Shown here piece by piece: positions 18,472-28,916 of a DNA stretch of 64,000 bases. How positions within the stretch are numbered: position 1 is the stretch's first letter; each line of letters starts with the position of its first letter. Position numbers and translations under genes: made by a program. The stretch spans positions 88,029 to 152,028 of the forward strand of contig OZ246397.1 in assembly GCA_965230945.1 (NCBI GenBank), read 5' to 3'. The notes below the pieces were generated by a model. That model was not told the DNA's origin. It saw only the letters and a program-made list of their open reading frames with translations, and searched no databases. The stretch comes from an uncultured Gammaproteobacteria bacterium. Its GTDB lineage: Bacteria > Patescibacteriota > Microgenomatia > PFEM01 > JAPLYW01.

Positions 18472-19224
18472 TTAAATTTCTATGCCTATTGGACAATGAT
18501 CAGATCCTCTTACTTTAGATAATATAAAAGCGTCTCTAATTTTTGTATTCACCTTTTTAGAAACAAACGTATAATCTATTCTCCAACCTAAATTACGTTC
18601 TCTAGCATTAGCAAAATAGGGCCACCAAGTATATTTCCCTTCTTCTTTATGAAATCTCCTAAAGCTGTCTACAAAACCTAAATCAATGACCTCATCGATC
18701 TTTTCTCTTTCCTCTCGAGTAAACATAACATTGTTTTTGTTATTTTTAGGCCTGGCTAAATCAATTTCTTCATGGGCAATATTAAAATCTCCTATTAAAA
18801 TTAAATTCTTATCTTTCATTTTCTTTAATTTATTTAAAAGAAGATCATAAACCTCAAGTTTATAAGGTAGATTCTTTTTTGTTCGATCCCCATGAGGCAA
18901 ATAAACATTAAGTAAGCTAAAATCTTTATATTCTAGTAATAAGGATCTTCCCTCTTTATCAAATCTCTTCATTCCTAGTTTTGTTTTAACAGACAATGGC
19001 TTTTTCTTTGAGTAAACTAAAAGACCACTATAACCACTTTTTTCAGCTGGATTAAAGAAAGAAAAATAACCATCCATCTTAACCAAAGAAGGATCTAGCT
19101 GTTCCTTAAAGGCTTTGATTTCCTGCAGACAAACAATATCCGCATCAATATCCGAGAACCAATCTAAAAAACCTTTCTTGTAAACAGCCCGCAAACCATT
19201 AACATTCCAGGAAATAATTTTCAT
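18472..19224 (-). CDS. xth: Exodeoxyribonuclease III (AP endonuclease)
   Basis: MKIISWNVNGLRA...GDFN...SDHCPIGIEI. Confidence 0.9.
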   Translation of the reverse strand: MKIISWNVNGLRAVYKKGFLDWFSDIDADIVCLQEIKAFKEQLDPSLVKMDGYFSFFNPAEKSGYSGLLVYSKKKPLSVKTKLGMKRFDKEGRSLLLEYKDFSLLNVYLPHGDRTKKNLPYKLEVYDLLLNKLKKMKDKNLILIGDFNIAHEEIDLARPKNNKNNVMFTREEREKIDEVIDLGFVDSFRRFHKEEGKYTWWPYFANARERNLGWRIDYTFVSKKVNTKIRDAFILSKVRGSDHCPIGIEI

Positions 19225-19233
19225 TGATAAAAA

Positions 19234-20346
19234 TTACTTTTTAACCACTCTCTGTTTGGAAATATTAACAAGGATTCCCATACCAGCCAGTGAAAGTATC
19301 AATGACGAACCTCCGTAAGAAATGAAGGGAAGAGGAATACCAGTTAAAGGCACTAAAGCTACCATAGAACAAAGATTAATTAGGGCTTGGAAGCCTATCC
19401 AGGCGGTAATACCTACAGCCAGTAGTTTCCCAAACTCATCTGGAGCTTCTTTGGCAATTTTAAGACCCCGCCAAATTAAAAACAAAAAGGCTGCTAGAAG
19501 AATAAATCCTCCTATAAAGCCGAGCTCTTCAGCAATAACGGCAAAAATAGAATCGGTGGTTACCTCGGGCAGATATTCATATTTCTGCCTAGATTGGCCC
19601 AAGCCAACGCCAAAAAGCCCGCCAGAGCCAATGGCAATTAAAACCTGGCGGATATGATAAGAGGTCCCTAAAGGGTCCCTTGAGGGATCAAAAAAGGTAA
19701 GCAGTCTTTCCTTTCTGTAAGAAGATAAAAAGATTAAACCAGCTCCTGATAAAATCCCAAAAACGCCAATAAGGCCAATGGTAAGAAGTGGAGCCCCAGA
19801 GGCAAAATAAAGAGATAAGCCTGTGGCAGCTAAAACTACTGTCGTTCCTAAATCAGGCTCAAGCATAATTAAACCTACTAAAACACCCAAAACAGCCAAA
19901 AAGGGCCAGATATTTTTCTTTTTGGCAAAAAAGGAAGATAAATAAACAATAAAGGCTAATTTGGCTAATTCAGCTGGCTGAAAACTAAAAGAGCCAAAAC
20001 TTAACCACCTTCTTGCTCCTAGAACTTTAGTTCCTAACCCAGGAATTAAAACTAGAATTAAAGCAATTAAAGAAAAGATTATTAAGGGAACAGCTGCTTT
20101 TTTCAAAAACCGATAATTAAGGAAAGAAGTAATTATAAAGGCAACTATCCCAAACAAGGCCCAATAAATCTGTAAACGAAAATAATAAAATTTATCTGAG
20201 AAGTCCTGATAAGCTTTAACCACAGAGGCATTACCAACCATGACAATACCAAAAACAGTTAAACCCAAAACCAATCCTATTAAAAGCCAATCTGGTTTGT
20301 TTAAAGCATTTTTTAAAACAACTTTGGATCTAGAGCGTTTGAACAT
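19234..20346 (-). CDS. ftsW: Cell division SEDS protein FtsW (lipid II flippase/peptidoglycan glycosyltransferase)
   Basis: SEDS motifs. The track start at 20463 overlaps murD by 134 nt; the internal ATG at 20346 (MFKRSRSKVV...) is more plausible. Confidence 0.85.
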   Translation of the reverse strand: MFKRSRSKVVLKNALNKPDWLLIGLVLGLTVFGIVMVGNASVVKAYQDFSDKFYYFRLQIYWALFGIVAFIITSFLNYRFLKKAAVPLIIFSLIALILVLIPGLGTKVLGARRWLSFGSFSFQPAELAKLAFIVYLSSFFAKKKNIWPFLAVLGVLVGLIMLEPDLGTTVVLAATGLSLYFASGAPLLTIGLIGVFGILSGAGLIFLSSYRKERLLTFFDPSRDPLGTSYHIRQVLIAIGSGGLFGVGLGQSRQKYEYLPEVTTDSIFAVIAEELGFIGGFILLAAFLFLIWRGLKIAKEAPDEFGKLLAVGITAWIGFQALINLCSMVALVPLTGIPLPFISYGGSSLILSLAGMGILVNISKQRVVKK

Positions 20347-21676
20347 ATTTCTTGAATTGATTACCCCGATCTTTGTAATTTTTAAAGAGGCCAAAAGAAG
20401 CACAGCCAGGAGAAAGTAAAACAATCTCACCCTTTTTAGCTTCCTTAAAAGATAAATCAACAATCTCTTTCATCTTGTTAGATCCTTTAATAAATTTACC
20501 CTTGAAGCCTGCCTTTAAAGAAACCTCTTTGATCTTATTGGCTGTCTGACCAATTAAAATTAATGTTTTAACCGAAGATTTACTAATCTCTTTTCCTAAC
20601 TGAGTGTAGTCTGAATCCTTTTCAGAACCACCAGCAATTAAAGTAATGGGTTTTTGAAAAGATAAAATCGCCGCTGTCGTTGCCTCAGGTATGGTTGAAA
20701 AAGAATCATTATAAAAAGAAATTCCCTTAAAAACCCCTACTTTTTCTAAGCGATGCTCAAGACCCGTAAAAGAAAAAACTGCTTTTTTAATTGAAGGTAA
20801 CTTAGCTCCTGCCAAAAAAGCGGCCATGCTAGCAGCACAGACGTTTTCCCAATTATGGCGACCAATTAACTTTAAGTCTTTAACCTCACCTAGTAGTTTA
20901 TCTAAAAGAAAAATTTTGCCTTTTTTAACATAGGCTCCTTTAGTTTCTTTAAATTTACTAAAGTAAAATTTTTGCGCCAAGGTTAGATCAACAAAAGACA
21001 AAGAATTTTTGTCATCGGCATTAAAAACGGCAAGATCCTTTTTCCCTTGGTAAGAAACAATACTCGTTTTAGCCTGAAGATAGTTTTTGAAACTTTGATG
21101 GTAATCTAAATGTTCAGGGGTAATAAACAAAACAACGGAAAGATGAGGACTTTTTTCTAAATCTTCCAGTTGAAAACTGGAAAGTTCTAAAACTACCCAA
21201 GAAGTCAGCCTTAGCCCAGAGAGTAAAGAAAGCATCGGCGTACCAATATTACCTCCCAAATAAACATCTTGCCCATCCTCTTTTAGGATTTTATAAATCA
21301 AGGTGGCTGTTGTTCCCTTGCCCTTACTGCCGGTAACACCAATGATCTTACCCGGGCAAAGATCAAAGAAAAGCTTGGTTGATGAAGAAACAACAGCCCC
21401 TCTTTTTTCAGCTTCTTTTATTGATGATAAATCTAATCTAAAACCAGGCGAACGAAAAATAAAATCAAACTCTTTTAAACCCTCTTTTAGATAATCTTTA
21501 CCTAAAACAAAATCAATTCCCTTGTTCTTAAAACCCTTAATAGATTTCAATTCTCCTTCTTCCTTTTGATCAAAAACAGCTATTTTTGCTTGTTTTTGTA
21601 AAAGAAAATCAGCAAGATTCTGACCTTCAATTCCAAAACCTAAGATAGCTATTTTTTTATTGGAAAAATCAATCAT
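20330..21676 (-). CDS. murD: UDP-N-acetylmuramoylalanine--D-glutamate ligase MurD
   Basis: KIAILGFGIEG...IGVTGSKGKGTTATL Mur ligase P-loop. Confidence 0.9.
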   Translation of the reverse strand: MIDFSNKKIAILGFGIEGQNLADFLLQKQAKIAVFDQKEEGELKSIKGFKNKGIDFVLGKDYLKEGLKEFDFIFRSPGFRLDLSSIKEAEKRGAVVSSSTKLFFDLCPGKIIGVTGSKGKGTTATLIYKILKEDGQDVYLGGNIGTPMLSLLSGLRLTSWVVLELSSFQLEDLEKSPHLSVVLFITPEHLDYHQSFKNYLQAKTSIVSYQGKKDLAVFNADDKNSLSFVDLTLAQKFYFSKFKETKGAYVKKGKIFLLDKLLGEVKDLKLIGRHNWENVCAASMAAFLAGAKLPSIKKAVFSFTGLEHRLEKVGVFKGISFYNDSFSTIPEATTAAILSFQKPITLIAGGSEKDSDYTQLGKEISKSSVKTLILIGQTANKIKEVSLKAGFKGKFIKGSNKMKEIVDLSFKEAKKGEIVLLSPGCASFGLFKNYKDRGNQFKKYVQTL

Positions 21677-21689
21677 AAATTAAAAAGGA

Positions 21690-22721
21690 TCAAATGACTG
21701 CTAACCATAAACCGAAGATTGCCAAGACGATTCCCGCTAACCAAGCACGAAAGACTATTTTCGGTTCTTCCCAACCACGATTTTGCAACCAAAGATGAAA
21801 AGGAGAAACAACAAAAAGCTTCCTTTTGAAAAACTTTTTCCAAAGAATCTGAATTAAGCTTGAAGAAATTTCTAAGATAAAAAGCCCGCCAATAACCACC
21901 ACGGCAATGGTCTTACCAAGCAAAAGACCAATGACTGCTAAAATAGCGCCAAAAGACAAAGCGCCTACATCACCCAGCCAAATACGAGCCGGGTAAACAT
22001 TGAAATAAAGAAAAGCCAAAAGGGAGCCGATAAACAAAGAGATAAATAAAGAAAGTGGTGTATCTAAAGCCTGGCTTGATAAAATCCAAAAGGCAAAAAG
22101 ACAAATAATTAAAAGTCCACAAGCCAAACCATCAAGGCCATCAGTAATATTAAAAGCATTGGCAAAGGCAACAATTACAAAGGCGGCAAAGGGAACATAC
22201 CAAATACCCAATTCAACTGTTCCCCAAAAAGGGATGTGTAAAAAGTTAATGCCCAAGTTATGATATAAAAGAACGCCAATGGTAATTGCCAAAAGCCATT
22301 GAATTAAAAACTTATGCCGCAAGCGTAAGCCAAAAAAACCTATCTTTTTAAAGCCAAAAAATTTCATCAAGTCATCATAAAGACCCAAAAAGCCAAAGGA
22401 AATAAAAGTAAAAAACAACACATTTAACTCATCTCTAATTGGATAAGCATGAGTCATAAAGACTCCCCCAAAAGAAACGATAGGGAAAATCAAGACATAT
22501 AAAAAAGTAACCACAGCAATAATCAAAAAGCCACCCCCAACAGGAGTACCTGCTTTATGCTTATGGAAACGGTCAAAAATCTTGGTCCTGATTCCTTGAA
22601 AATCACGTGTTATCTGTTGCCGGCGGAGGAGTTTAAACTTATACAAAAGATTAATGAAAGGGATCACTAAAATACCAGTAATCAAAAAGGAGAAAATTAG
22701 TAGACCAAGGTATAAAGCCAT
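21690..22721 (-). CDS. mraY: Phospho-N-acetylmuramoyl-pentapeptide transferase MraY
   Basis: Polytopic; NAFNITDGLDGLA and VGDVGALSFG motifs. Confidence 0.9.
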   Translation of the reverse strand: MALYLGLLIFSFLITGILVIPFINLLYKFKLLRRQQITRDFQGIRTKIFDRFHKHKAGTPVGGGFLIIAVVTFLYVLIFPIVSFGGVFMTHAYPIRDELNVLFFTFISFGFLGLYDDLMKFFGFKKIGFFGLRLRHKFLIQWLLAITIGVLLYHNLGINFLHIPFWGTVELGIWYVPFAAFVIVAFANAFNITDGLDGLACGLLIICLFAFWILSSQALDTPLSLFISLFIGSLLAFLYFNVYPARIWLGDVGALSFGAILAVIGLLLGKTIAVVVIGGLFILEISSSLIQILWKKFFKRKLFVVSPFHLWLQNRGWEEPKIVFRAWLAGIVLAIFGLWLAVI

Positions 22722-22734
22722 AACTTAATTTTTA

Positions 22735-23985
22735 TTATAGCCTTACCTTTAGTTTATGTAAATAAAGACAGTTTTTGCAAGGATGATAAAAATGACAAGA
22801 ATTTACCTTACAATTAACTTTTTTGTTTTCCAGTATTAGCAAAGTCCTTTCCATATGCTTTAGCAAAGAGCCCTTTAAATAAAAAAGATCGTCTTTTTTA
22901 AGAATCTTTTTGAGAAGATTGGCAGCCTGAGAGGTATCCTTCGCCCAAAAGACGTGATCTTTATCCATTCCTGATTTTATGGCTTGCTGAGCCGTTAGTT
23001 TCTGTAGTGATCCTACGGAAACAAGATAGTCAATATTTAATTTAGCCACCTCATCGCCAATCTTCTGATGTTCCTTTTCAGCCAGGCTGCCTAGCTCCCC
23101 CATTTCTCCTAAAACGGCAATCCTCTTCCCCTTGCTGGGCAAATCAGCCAGGGTTTCAAGACCAGCCAAGGTAGAAGATGGGTTAGCCCGCAATGAATCG
23201 TTAAGTAAAATCGAACCTTTAGGTCCTTTTTCTATACTTAATCTCCCTGCTAGTGGTCTTAATTTACCTAAACCACGCTTAATCTCTTTTAGAGTCAATC
23301 CTTGGTAAAGACCAACGGCTATAGCCGGCAAACAGCTTTGAATAAAATGACGGCCTACCAAGCCAGTTTTAATGGAAACTCCTTTTTTATTTCCCCCTTC
23401 CTTTTGCAAAAGCTTAAACGAAGTCCCCGAAAAACTAATCTTAATGTCTTTCACATAGAAATCGGCCTCATTGTCCTTTAAGCTAAAGTAACAAACTTTA
23501 GCTTTGCTAAACTTAGCCATTTTACGTACCTTTTCATCATCCCCATTTAAAACCGCTAAGCCATCCTTTGGCAGTACCCTAAGAAGCTTACTCTTTTCTT
23601 CAATAACACCTTTCAAAGAGCCCAATAAACCTGGCCCTGAATGAGTGGGATTAATGCCTGTTAAGACAGCTATATGCGGTTTAACTAAATTTAGATGAAA
23701 ATCCATTTCTCCCTTATGATCAACCCCATATTCTAAAATCAGCTTTTGATGATAAGGTCTTGTTTTAAGAATGGTGATGGGTAAGTTATAAATGGTATCT
23801 AAATTTAAATCTGTCCGAAGGGTCTTGTATTTTTGAGAAAGAACAGCAGTAATCGCTTGAGCGGTATTAGTTTTGCCATAACTACCAACCACTCCAATGA
23901 CAGTCAGTTGTAAATTCATTCTCAGCCAAAGTTTAGCTAATAAACGTCTTGCTTTATGAAAAATCTTTTTTAAAATCTTAACCAT
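22735..23985 (-). CDS. murF: UDP-MurNAc-tripeptide--D-alanyl-D-alanine ligase MurF
   Basis: VIGVVGSYGKTNTAQ; the Mur ligase fold sits between murA and mraY. Confidence 0.8.
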   Translation of the reverse strand: MVKILKKIFHKARRLLAKLWLRMNLQLTVIGVVGSYGKTNTAQAITAVLSQKYKTLRTDLNLDTIYNLPITILKTRPYHQKLILEYGVDHKGEMDFHLNLVKPHIAVLTGINPTHSGPGLLGSLKGVIEEKSKLLRVLPKDGLAVLNGDDEKVRKMAKFSKAKVCYFSLKDNEADFYVKDIKISFSGTSFKLLQKEGGNKKGVSIKTGLVGRHFIQSCLPAIAVGLYQGLTLKEIKRGLGKLRPLAGRLSIEKGPKGSILLNDSLRANPSSTLAGLETLADLPSKGKRIAVLGEMGELGSLAEKEHQKIGDEVAKLNIDYLVSVGSLQKLTAQQAIKSGMDKDHVFWAKDTSQAANLLKKILKKDDLFYLKGSLLKHMERTLLILENKKVNCKVNSCHFYHPCKNCLYLHKLKVRL

Positions 23986-25303
23986 TGTCTATCCTTTTAA
24001 TATCTGCGCCTAACCTTCTTAAACGAAGATATAAATCCTCATAACCCCTGTCAATATGGCCAGGGTCAATCAAGGTGCTTTCTCCCTGAGCAATTAAAGC
24101 TGCTAAAACTAAGGTCGCCCCGGCCCTAATATCAGGTACTTTTAGATCCATCCCTTTGAGGGGCCTTTTCCCATAAACCCTTACTCCATGAAAGTTTTGC
24201 GGCTTATCATCGGCAAGATTGAAATTATAAAAAGAATAAGGATTTTTTATCTTGGGATTAAAAAACTCTATTTTTGCCCCCATCTTGATTAAATCTTGAA
24301 TATACTTAAAGCGATATTCATAAATCGTTTCCACAATCTCACTCTCACCCTCAGCCTGAGTCATTAAAGTCGTCCATAATGCCTGCCAGTCAGTCATGAA
24401 ACCTGGATGAGGTCTGGTGATAACCTTGGTAGCCTTAAGAGGCTTTTCATACCAAAATCTAATTCCATAAGGCCCAATCTCATATCTTCCATTTGCTTGC
24501 TTAATCTTTTTAAGAAAAGTTTTTAGATGTTTTTCATCAGCATTTTCAATAATAATATCGCCCTTGGTAGCTAAAGCGGCACAAGCATAAGAAACGGCTT
24601 CATTTCGATCAGGTATGGCTTTATGAACCACGCCTTTTAATTTTCTGACCCCTTTAATAATAATCTTCCTTTGCGGCAATCTTTTTATCTTCGCCCCCAT
24701 TTTATTTAAAAACTCAATTAAGTCATCAACTTCTACTTCCAAGGCCGTATTTTCCAAAACCGTCGTTCCTCTAGCTTTGACAGCGGCCATAATCAAAGTC
24801 TCTGTTCCCGTATGGGTATTTTTAGGAAAACGGTAATGGCCTGCTGTCAAACGAGAGCAGCTTAAGTCAATAAAACGGTCCTTAATTTTTACCTTTATTC
24901 CTAAAACTTTCAGAGCTTCAAGATGTCTCTCAATAGGACGCTTGCCAATCTTGCAGCCGCCAGGAAAAGGAATTAAAGCTCTGCCAAAATGTGATAAAAG
25001 CGGACCGGCAAACATAATAGAGCCCCTTGATTTATAAGCAAGATGAGGAGGAATAGAATAACTCTTTAAAGAATTGGCTTTTATAAAAACTGTCCCTTCT
25101 CCCAGACTTTCCAATTGACCACCGATCTTTTTAATAACCTCTTTAGTGACTTCAACATCACCAATTTTAGAGATATCTAATAAGCGCGACTCGCCATCGG
25201 CCAATAAAGAAGCAATCATCAGCTTAAAACTGGAATTTTTAGCTCCGCCAATCCTTACAGCTCCCTTCAATGGCTTGCCACCTCTGATGATATATTTAGC
25301 CAT
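23978..25303 (-). CDS. murA: UDP-N-acetylglucosamine 1-carboxyvinyltransferase MurA
   Basis: IRGGKPLKGAVRIGGAKNS...; EPSP-synthase fold. Confidence 0.9.
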   Translation of the reverse strand: MAKYIIRGGKPLKGAVRIGGAKNSSFKLMIASLLADGESRLLDISKIGDVEVTKEVIKKIGGQLESLGEGTVFIKANSLKSYSIPPHLAYKSRGSIMFAGPLLSHFGRALIPFPGGCKIGKRPIERHLEALKVLGIKVKIKDRFIDLSCSRLTAGHYRFPKNTHTGTETLIMAAVKARGTTVLENTALEVEVDDLIEFLNKMGAKIKRLPQRKIIIKGVRKLKGVVHKAIPDRNEAVSYACAALATKGDIIIENADEKHLKTFLKKIKQANGRYEIGPYGIRFWYEKPLKATKVITRPHPGFMTDWQALWTTLMTQAEGESEIVETIYEYRFKYIQDLIKMGAKIEFFNPKIKNPYSFYNFNLADDKPQNFHGVRVYGKRPLKGMDLKVPDIRAGATLVLAALIAQGESTLIDPGHIDRGYEDLYLRLRRLGADIKRIDNG

Positions 25304-26186
25304 GACTTTTAACTAAAACAACTTCTAAATTAAGATCTATATTAAATTTCTCTTTTACCCTCTGTTTTAAAAGAGTAATTAATTTTAGCACATCTCCATC
25401 TTTTGCCTTCCCTAGGTTAACAATATAGTTGGCATGTTTTTGAGAAACTTGGGCCTCTCCTATTTTTTTCCCTTTTAAGCCACATGCTTCGATCAGCTGA
25501 CCGGCATATTTTGGTAAAGGATTTTTAAATATAGAGCCGGCGCTCTTTTCCTTAGGCCGATTAGCCCTTAAAGACAAAACCCTATCCATCTCCCTTTTGA
25601 TTTTTTCTTTTTTATCTTTTTTAAATCTCAAAACTATTTCTAAAACTATCTGTTTATCTTTTTTAAAACGACTTGAGCGATAGTCAAAACCGCAATCAGA
25701 AACTTTAAGTTCTTTAATCCTGCCATTTTTATCTAAAACCTTTACCTCTTCTATAATCTGGCCAATACTCTTACCAGCAGCACCGCTGTTGCCTATTACC
25801 GCTCCGCCAACACTCCCCGGAATACCTGTGGCAAATTCCAATCCAGACAAAGAATTCTCATAAGCCAGCTTAACCAGATCACCTAAGGGAACTCCTGCTT
25901 GAGCGATAATCCTTTGCCCGTTAATTTCATAACTTCTGGTGTCTATCTTGATAACCAAACCTCTAAAGCCATCATCAGAGAACAAAACATTACTGCCACT
26001 ACCAAGAATAAAGTAGGGAATCTTTTGCTCTAAACAAAGTTTAATTATTTCAACCAATTTTTCGGTGTTCTTTAATTGATAAAACCAATCAGTTTTACCG
26101 CCGATGGCAAAGGTCGTCCAAGATGACAACAAAACATCTCTTTTAACCCCAGGTAAAACCTTGTTTAAATTTTGCTTCATCTTCAA
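25296..26186 (-). CDS. murB: UDP-N-acetylenolpyruvoylglucosamine reductase MurB
   Basis: SSWTTFAIGGKTDWF...LGSGSNVLF FAD-binding region. Confidence 0.9.
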   Translation of the reverse strand: MKMKQNLNKVLPGVKRDVLLSSWTTFAIGGKTDWFYQLKNTEKLVEIIKLCLEQKIPYFILGSGSNVLFSDDGFRGLVIKIDTRSYEINGQRIIAQAGVPLGDLVKLAYENSLSGLEFATGIPGSVGGAVIGNSGAAGKSIGQIIEEVKVLDKNGRIKELKVSDCGFDYRSSRFKKDKQIVLEIVLRFKKDKKEKIKREMDRVLSLRANRPKEKSAGSIFKNPLPKYAGQLIEACGLKGKKIGEAQVSQKHANYIVNLGKAKDGDVLKLITLLKQRVKEKFNIDLNLEVVLVKSHG

Positions 26187-26191
26187 AACTA

Positions 26192-27580
26192 TTAATTTAA
26201 ATCCTTTAAAATTATCCTTGATAATAAATAAGATTTACCGGCCCCAAAAACAATTATCAAATCTCCTTCTTTGGTTTGATGTTTTATTCTTTCGGCAATT
26301 TTTTTAAAGTCTTCAATATATTCTGAGTTTTTACTAATTTCTTTTACCAAATCTTGCGCCTTCACCAAACCTTCATCTTTTTCCCTGCCTGGGAAAATAG
26401 CCGTCACTATTACCTCATCAGCTAAGCTTAAAACTTTAGCAAAATCTTTTAAAAAGATTTTTAACCTTGAAAATTGATGAGGTTCAAACACCGCCCATAT
26501 CCTTTGCTTCGGATACCTTTGCCTAGCTGCTTCTATGGTAGAGGCCACTGCCGTAGGATGAACAGCGTAATCGTCAAAAACCTTTATTCCCTTTTTTTCA
26601 CCAATTAACTCAAAGCGCCTGTTGAGACCTTTAAAACTGGTAAAGGCTTTGTTTAAATCATCTGCCTTAACTTTCAAGTCAAAAGCGCAACCTAAAGCTC
26701 CTAAAGCATTAGCTAAATTATTAATACCTACGAGTTTTAAGCTAAATTTATCTGCATTAACCTGAAAAGAAGTTAAATCAGTTTTCCTTTCTAAAATTTT
26801 TGCTTGATATTCAATGTCAAAAGGGAACTTAAATTTCTTTTTAATAAAAAAGCCAATCACTTTTATTTTTTCTTTTTTAAGATAACCTTTCGTTTCTACC
26901 AGTAACTCCTGAATACCCTGGCTTTCTTCATTAACAATAAGCACCTTTGGTTTTCTAATTTGTTTGATAAATTTTTTAAAGGCTTCTTTAAACTGCAAGT
27001 AATTCTTAAAAAATTCAGGATGATCCATCTCAATATTATTAATAATGATTATTGAAGGGTAGTAATTTAAAAAATTGTAATTAAACTCATCGGCTTCACA
27101 AACAAAATATTTCGACCTTCCTATTTTTACGGTCGAACGCCATTGAGGAACAATGGCCCCCACTTCCACAGTAGGATCAAGACCGCCTGCTTGTAAGGCA
27201 AGGCCAACTAAAGCCGTTGTTGTCGATTTGCCATGAGTTCCGGCTATGGCAATGACAAACTTATCCTTTTGTAAATATTTACCTAAAAATTCCTGCCAGG
27301 TCATTAAAATACCTCTTTTTTTAGCCTCAACAATCTCCGGATGGTTTTTATTAGAAATCAACACAGCTGGAGAAACAGCTAAAATATCAACTCCCTTAAG
27401 ATGCTCTTTATTATGCCCTAACAACGGTTTTATCCCCTTCTCCAGCAGGGGAGTAAAATAGGCTGTTTCTTTAGCTGAATCACAACCAGAAGCTTTAAAT
27501 CCCTGATTTTGAGCTAAAATGGCCACGCCAGCTACGGCGCTACCGCCAATCCCCATAAAATGAACATGTTTTCGTTTCAT
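26192..27580 (-). CDS. murC: UDP-N-acetylmuramate--L-alanine ligase MurC
   Basis: HVHFMGIGGSAVAG...IAGTHGKSTTT. Confidence 0.85.
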   Translation of the reverse strand: MKRKHVHFMGIGGSAVAGVAILAQNQGFKASGCDSAKETAYFTPLLEKGIKPLLGHNKEHLKGVDILAVSPAVLISNKNHPEIVEAKKRGILMTWQEFLGKYLQKDKFVIAIAGTHGKSTTTALVGLALQAGGLDPTVEVGAIVPQWRSTVKIGRSKYFVCEADEFNYNFLNYYPSIIIINNIEMDHPEFFKNYLQFKEAFKKFIKQIRKPKVLIVNEESQGIQELLVETKGYLKKEKIKVIGFFIKKKFKFPFDIEYQAKILERKTDLTSFQVNADKFSLKLVGINNLANALGALGCAFDLKVKADDLNKAFTSFKGLNRRFELIGEKKGIKVFDDYAVHPTAVASTIEAARQRYPKQRIWAVFEPHQFSRLKIFLKDFAKVLSLADEVIVTAIFPGREKDEGLVKAQDLVKEISKNSEYIEDFKKIAERIKHQTKEGDLIIVFGAGKSYLLSRIILKDLN

Positions 27581-27587
27581 TATGAAT

Positions 27588-28898
27588 TTATTTAGATTTT
27601 AAAGCCTGCATAACGGCTTTATGGTCACTCCAAGGATATTCAATCTTACCAAAACACATTGATTTTTCGTGTCCCTTACCACAAATAACAATAATATCGC
27701 CTTTTTGAGCTAGCTTTTTAATAGCAAATTCAATGGCCTCTTTTCTATCAGGGACCCTAAAAAAACAAGGAGTTTTACCTTTTAAAGCAAAACTCTCTTT
27801 TTTTAATTCTTTAGCTCCGTTCTTAAAACAACCCTGGGCTATCTTTTCAATAATTTGATTAAGATCTTCTGTACGGGGATCTTCAGCCGTAATGACCGCT
27901 ATATCTGCATATTCAGCGGCCATCTCTCCCATTAACGAACGTTTTTGTTTATCTCTTAAACCAGCTGAACCAAAAACAGCAATTAAATTTGAACCTGGAG
28001 CTTTCTCTTCCTTGAGAAAACTCAAAACATTCTTTAAAGAATTAGGTGTATGAGCAAAGTCGATAATTACCTTAAAATCCTGGCCTTTCCCTACTTCCTC
28101 CAGGCGGCCTCTAACATTCTTGAAGGTGGAGATTGTCTTTCTTATCTTTGTATTAGGGATACCTAAAGCAGAAGCTGCCGCAATGGCCGCCAGGCAATTA
28201 TATTGATTATATTGGCCAGGTAAGGTAGTTTTAAATTTGAAGTTTTGAGGAGTAAAATCTGCTTTCTGTTTCAGACTATAAGTAAAGCATTTCTTTTTTA
28301 GACAAAACTGCCGTAAATAAGAATAAGACTCATCATCACAGTTTAAGATGGCTATTTTAGCTGTCTTAAAAAGACGCGCTTTGGCCTGAAGATACTTTTG
28401 GTAAGTCTTATGATAATCAAGATGTTCATGAGTAACATTAGTAATCACTCCCACCTTAAAATTACAACCAAAAAGGCGATTTTGGGCTAAACCATGAGAA
28501 GTAACTTCAATAACGATATAATTAAATTTTTTATTGACAATCTCCCGTAAGAGCCTTTGCAGTCCCCATGGGTGAGGAGAGGTAACATGAAAGCCTGTCT
28601 CTATTACTTTTTGGCCAACTTTGGCAGAAATGCTGGAAATTAAGGCCGCTTTTTTACCAGCCTTTATGAGAATTCCATAAATCAACTCGGCGGTAGTTGT
28701 CTTTCCATCAGTCCCAGTGACACCAATAACAGTTAATCTTCTTGCCGGATACCTATAAAAAATAGTCGCTAAAATCGCTAAACTAAGATGCTCAAGAATA
28801 TTAACCATTGGGTCAGGGAAGAACGAGCGTATCTTCTCGCCGGCAGAGCTTTGGCGGAATTTAGTCCATAATCTACTTATCATTTTTAAGTTAGACAA
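27588..28898 (-). CDS. murE: UDP-MurNAc-L-Ala-D-Glu--diamino acid ligase MurE
   Basis: TVIGVTGTDGKTTT...IEVTSHGLAQNRL...NVTHEHLDYH. Confidence 0.8.
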   Translation of the reverse strand: MSNLKMISRLWTKFRQSSAGEKIRSFFPDPMVNILEHLSLAILATIFYRYPARRLTVIGVTGTDGKTTTAELIYGILIKAGKKAALISSISAKVGQKVIETGFHVTSPHPWGLQRLLREIVNKKFNYIVIEVTSHGLAQNRLFGCNFKVGVITNVTHEHLDYHKTYQKYLQAKARLFKTAKIAILNCDDESYSYLRQFCLKKKCFTYSLKQKADFTPQNFKFKTTLPGQYNQYNCLAAIAAASALGIPNTKIRKTISTFKNVRGRLEEVGKGQDFKVIIDFAHTPNSLKNVLSFLKEEKAPGSNLIAVFGSAGLRDKQKRSLMGEMAAEYADIAVITAEDPRTEDLNQIIEKIAQGCFKNGAKELKKESFALKGKTPCFFRVPDRKEAIEFAIKKLAQKGDIIVICGKGHEKSMCFGKIEYPWSDHKAVMQALKSK

Positions 28899-28916
28899 TA
28901 GGCATTATAACCTCTA

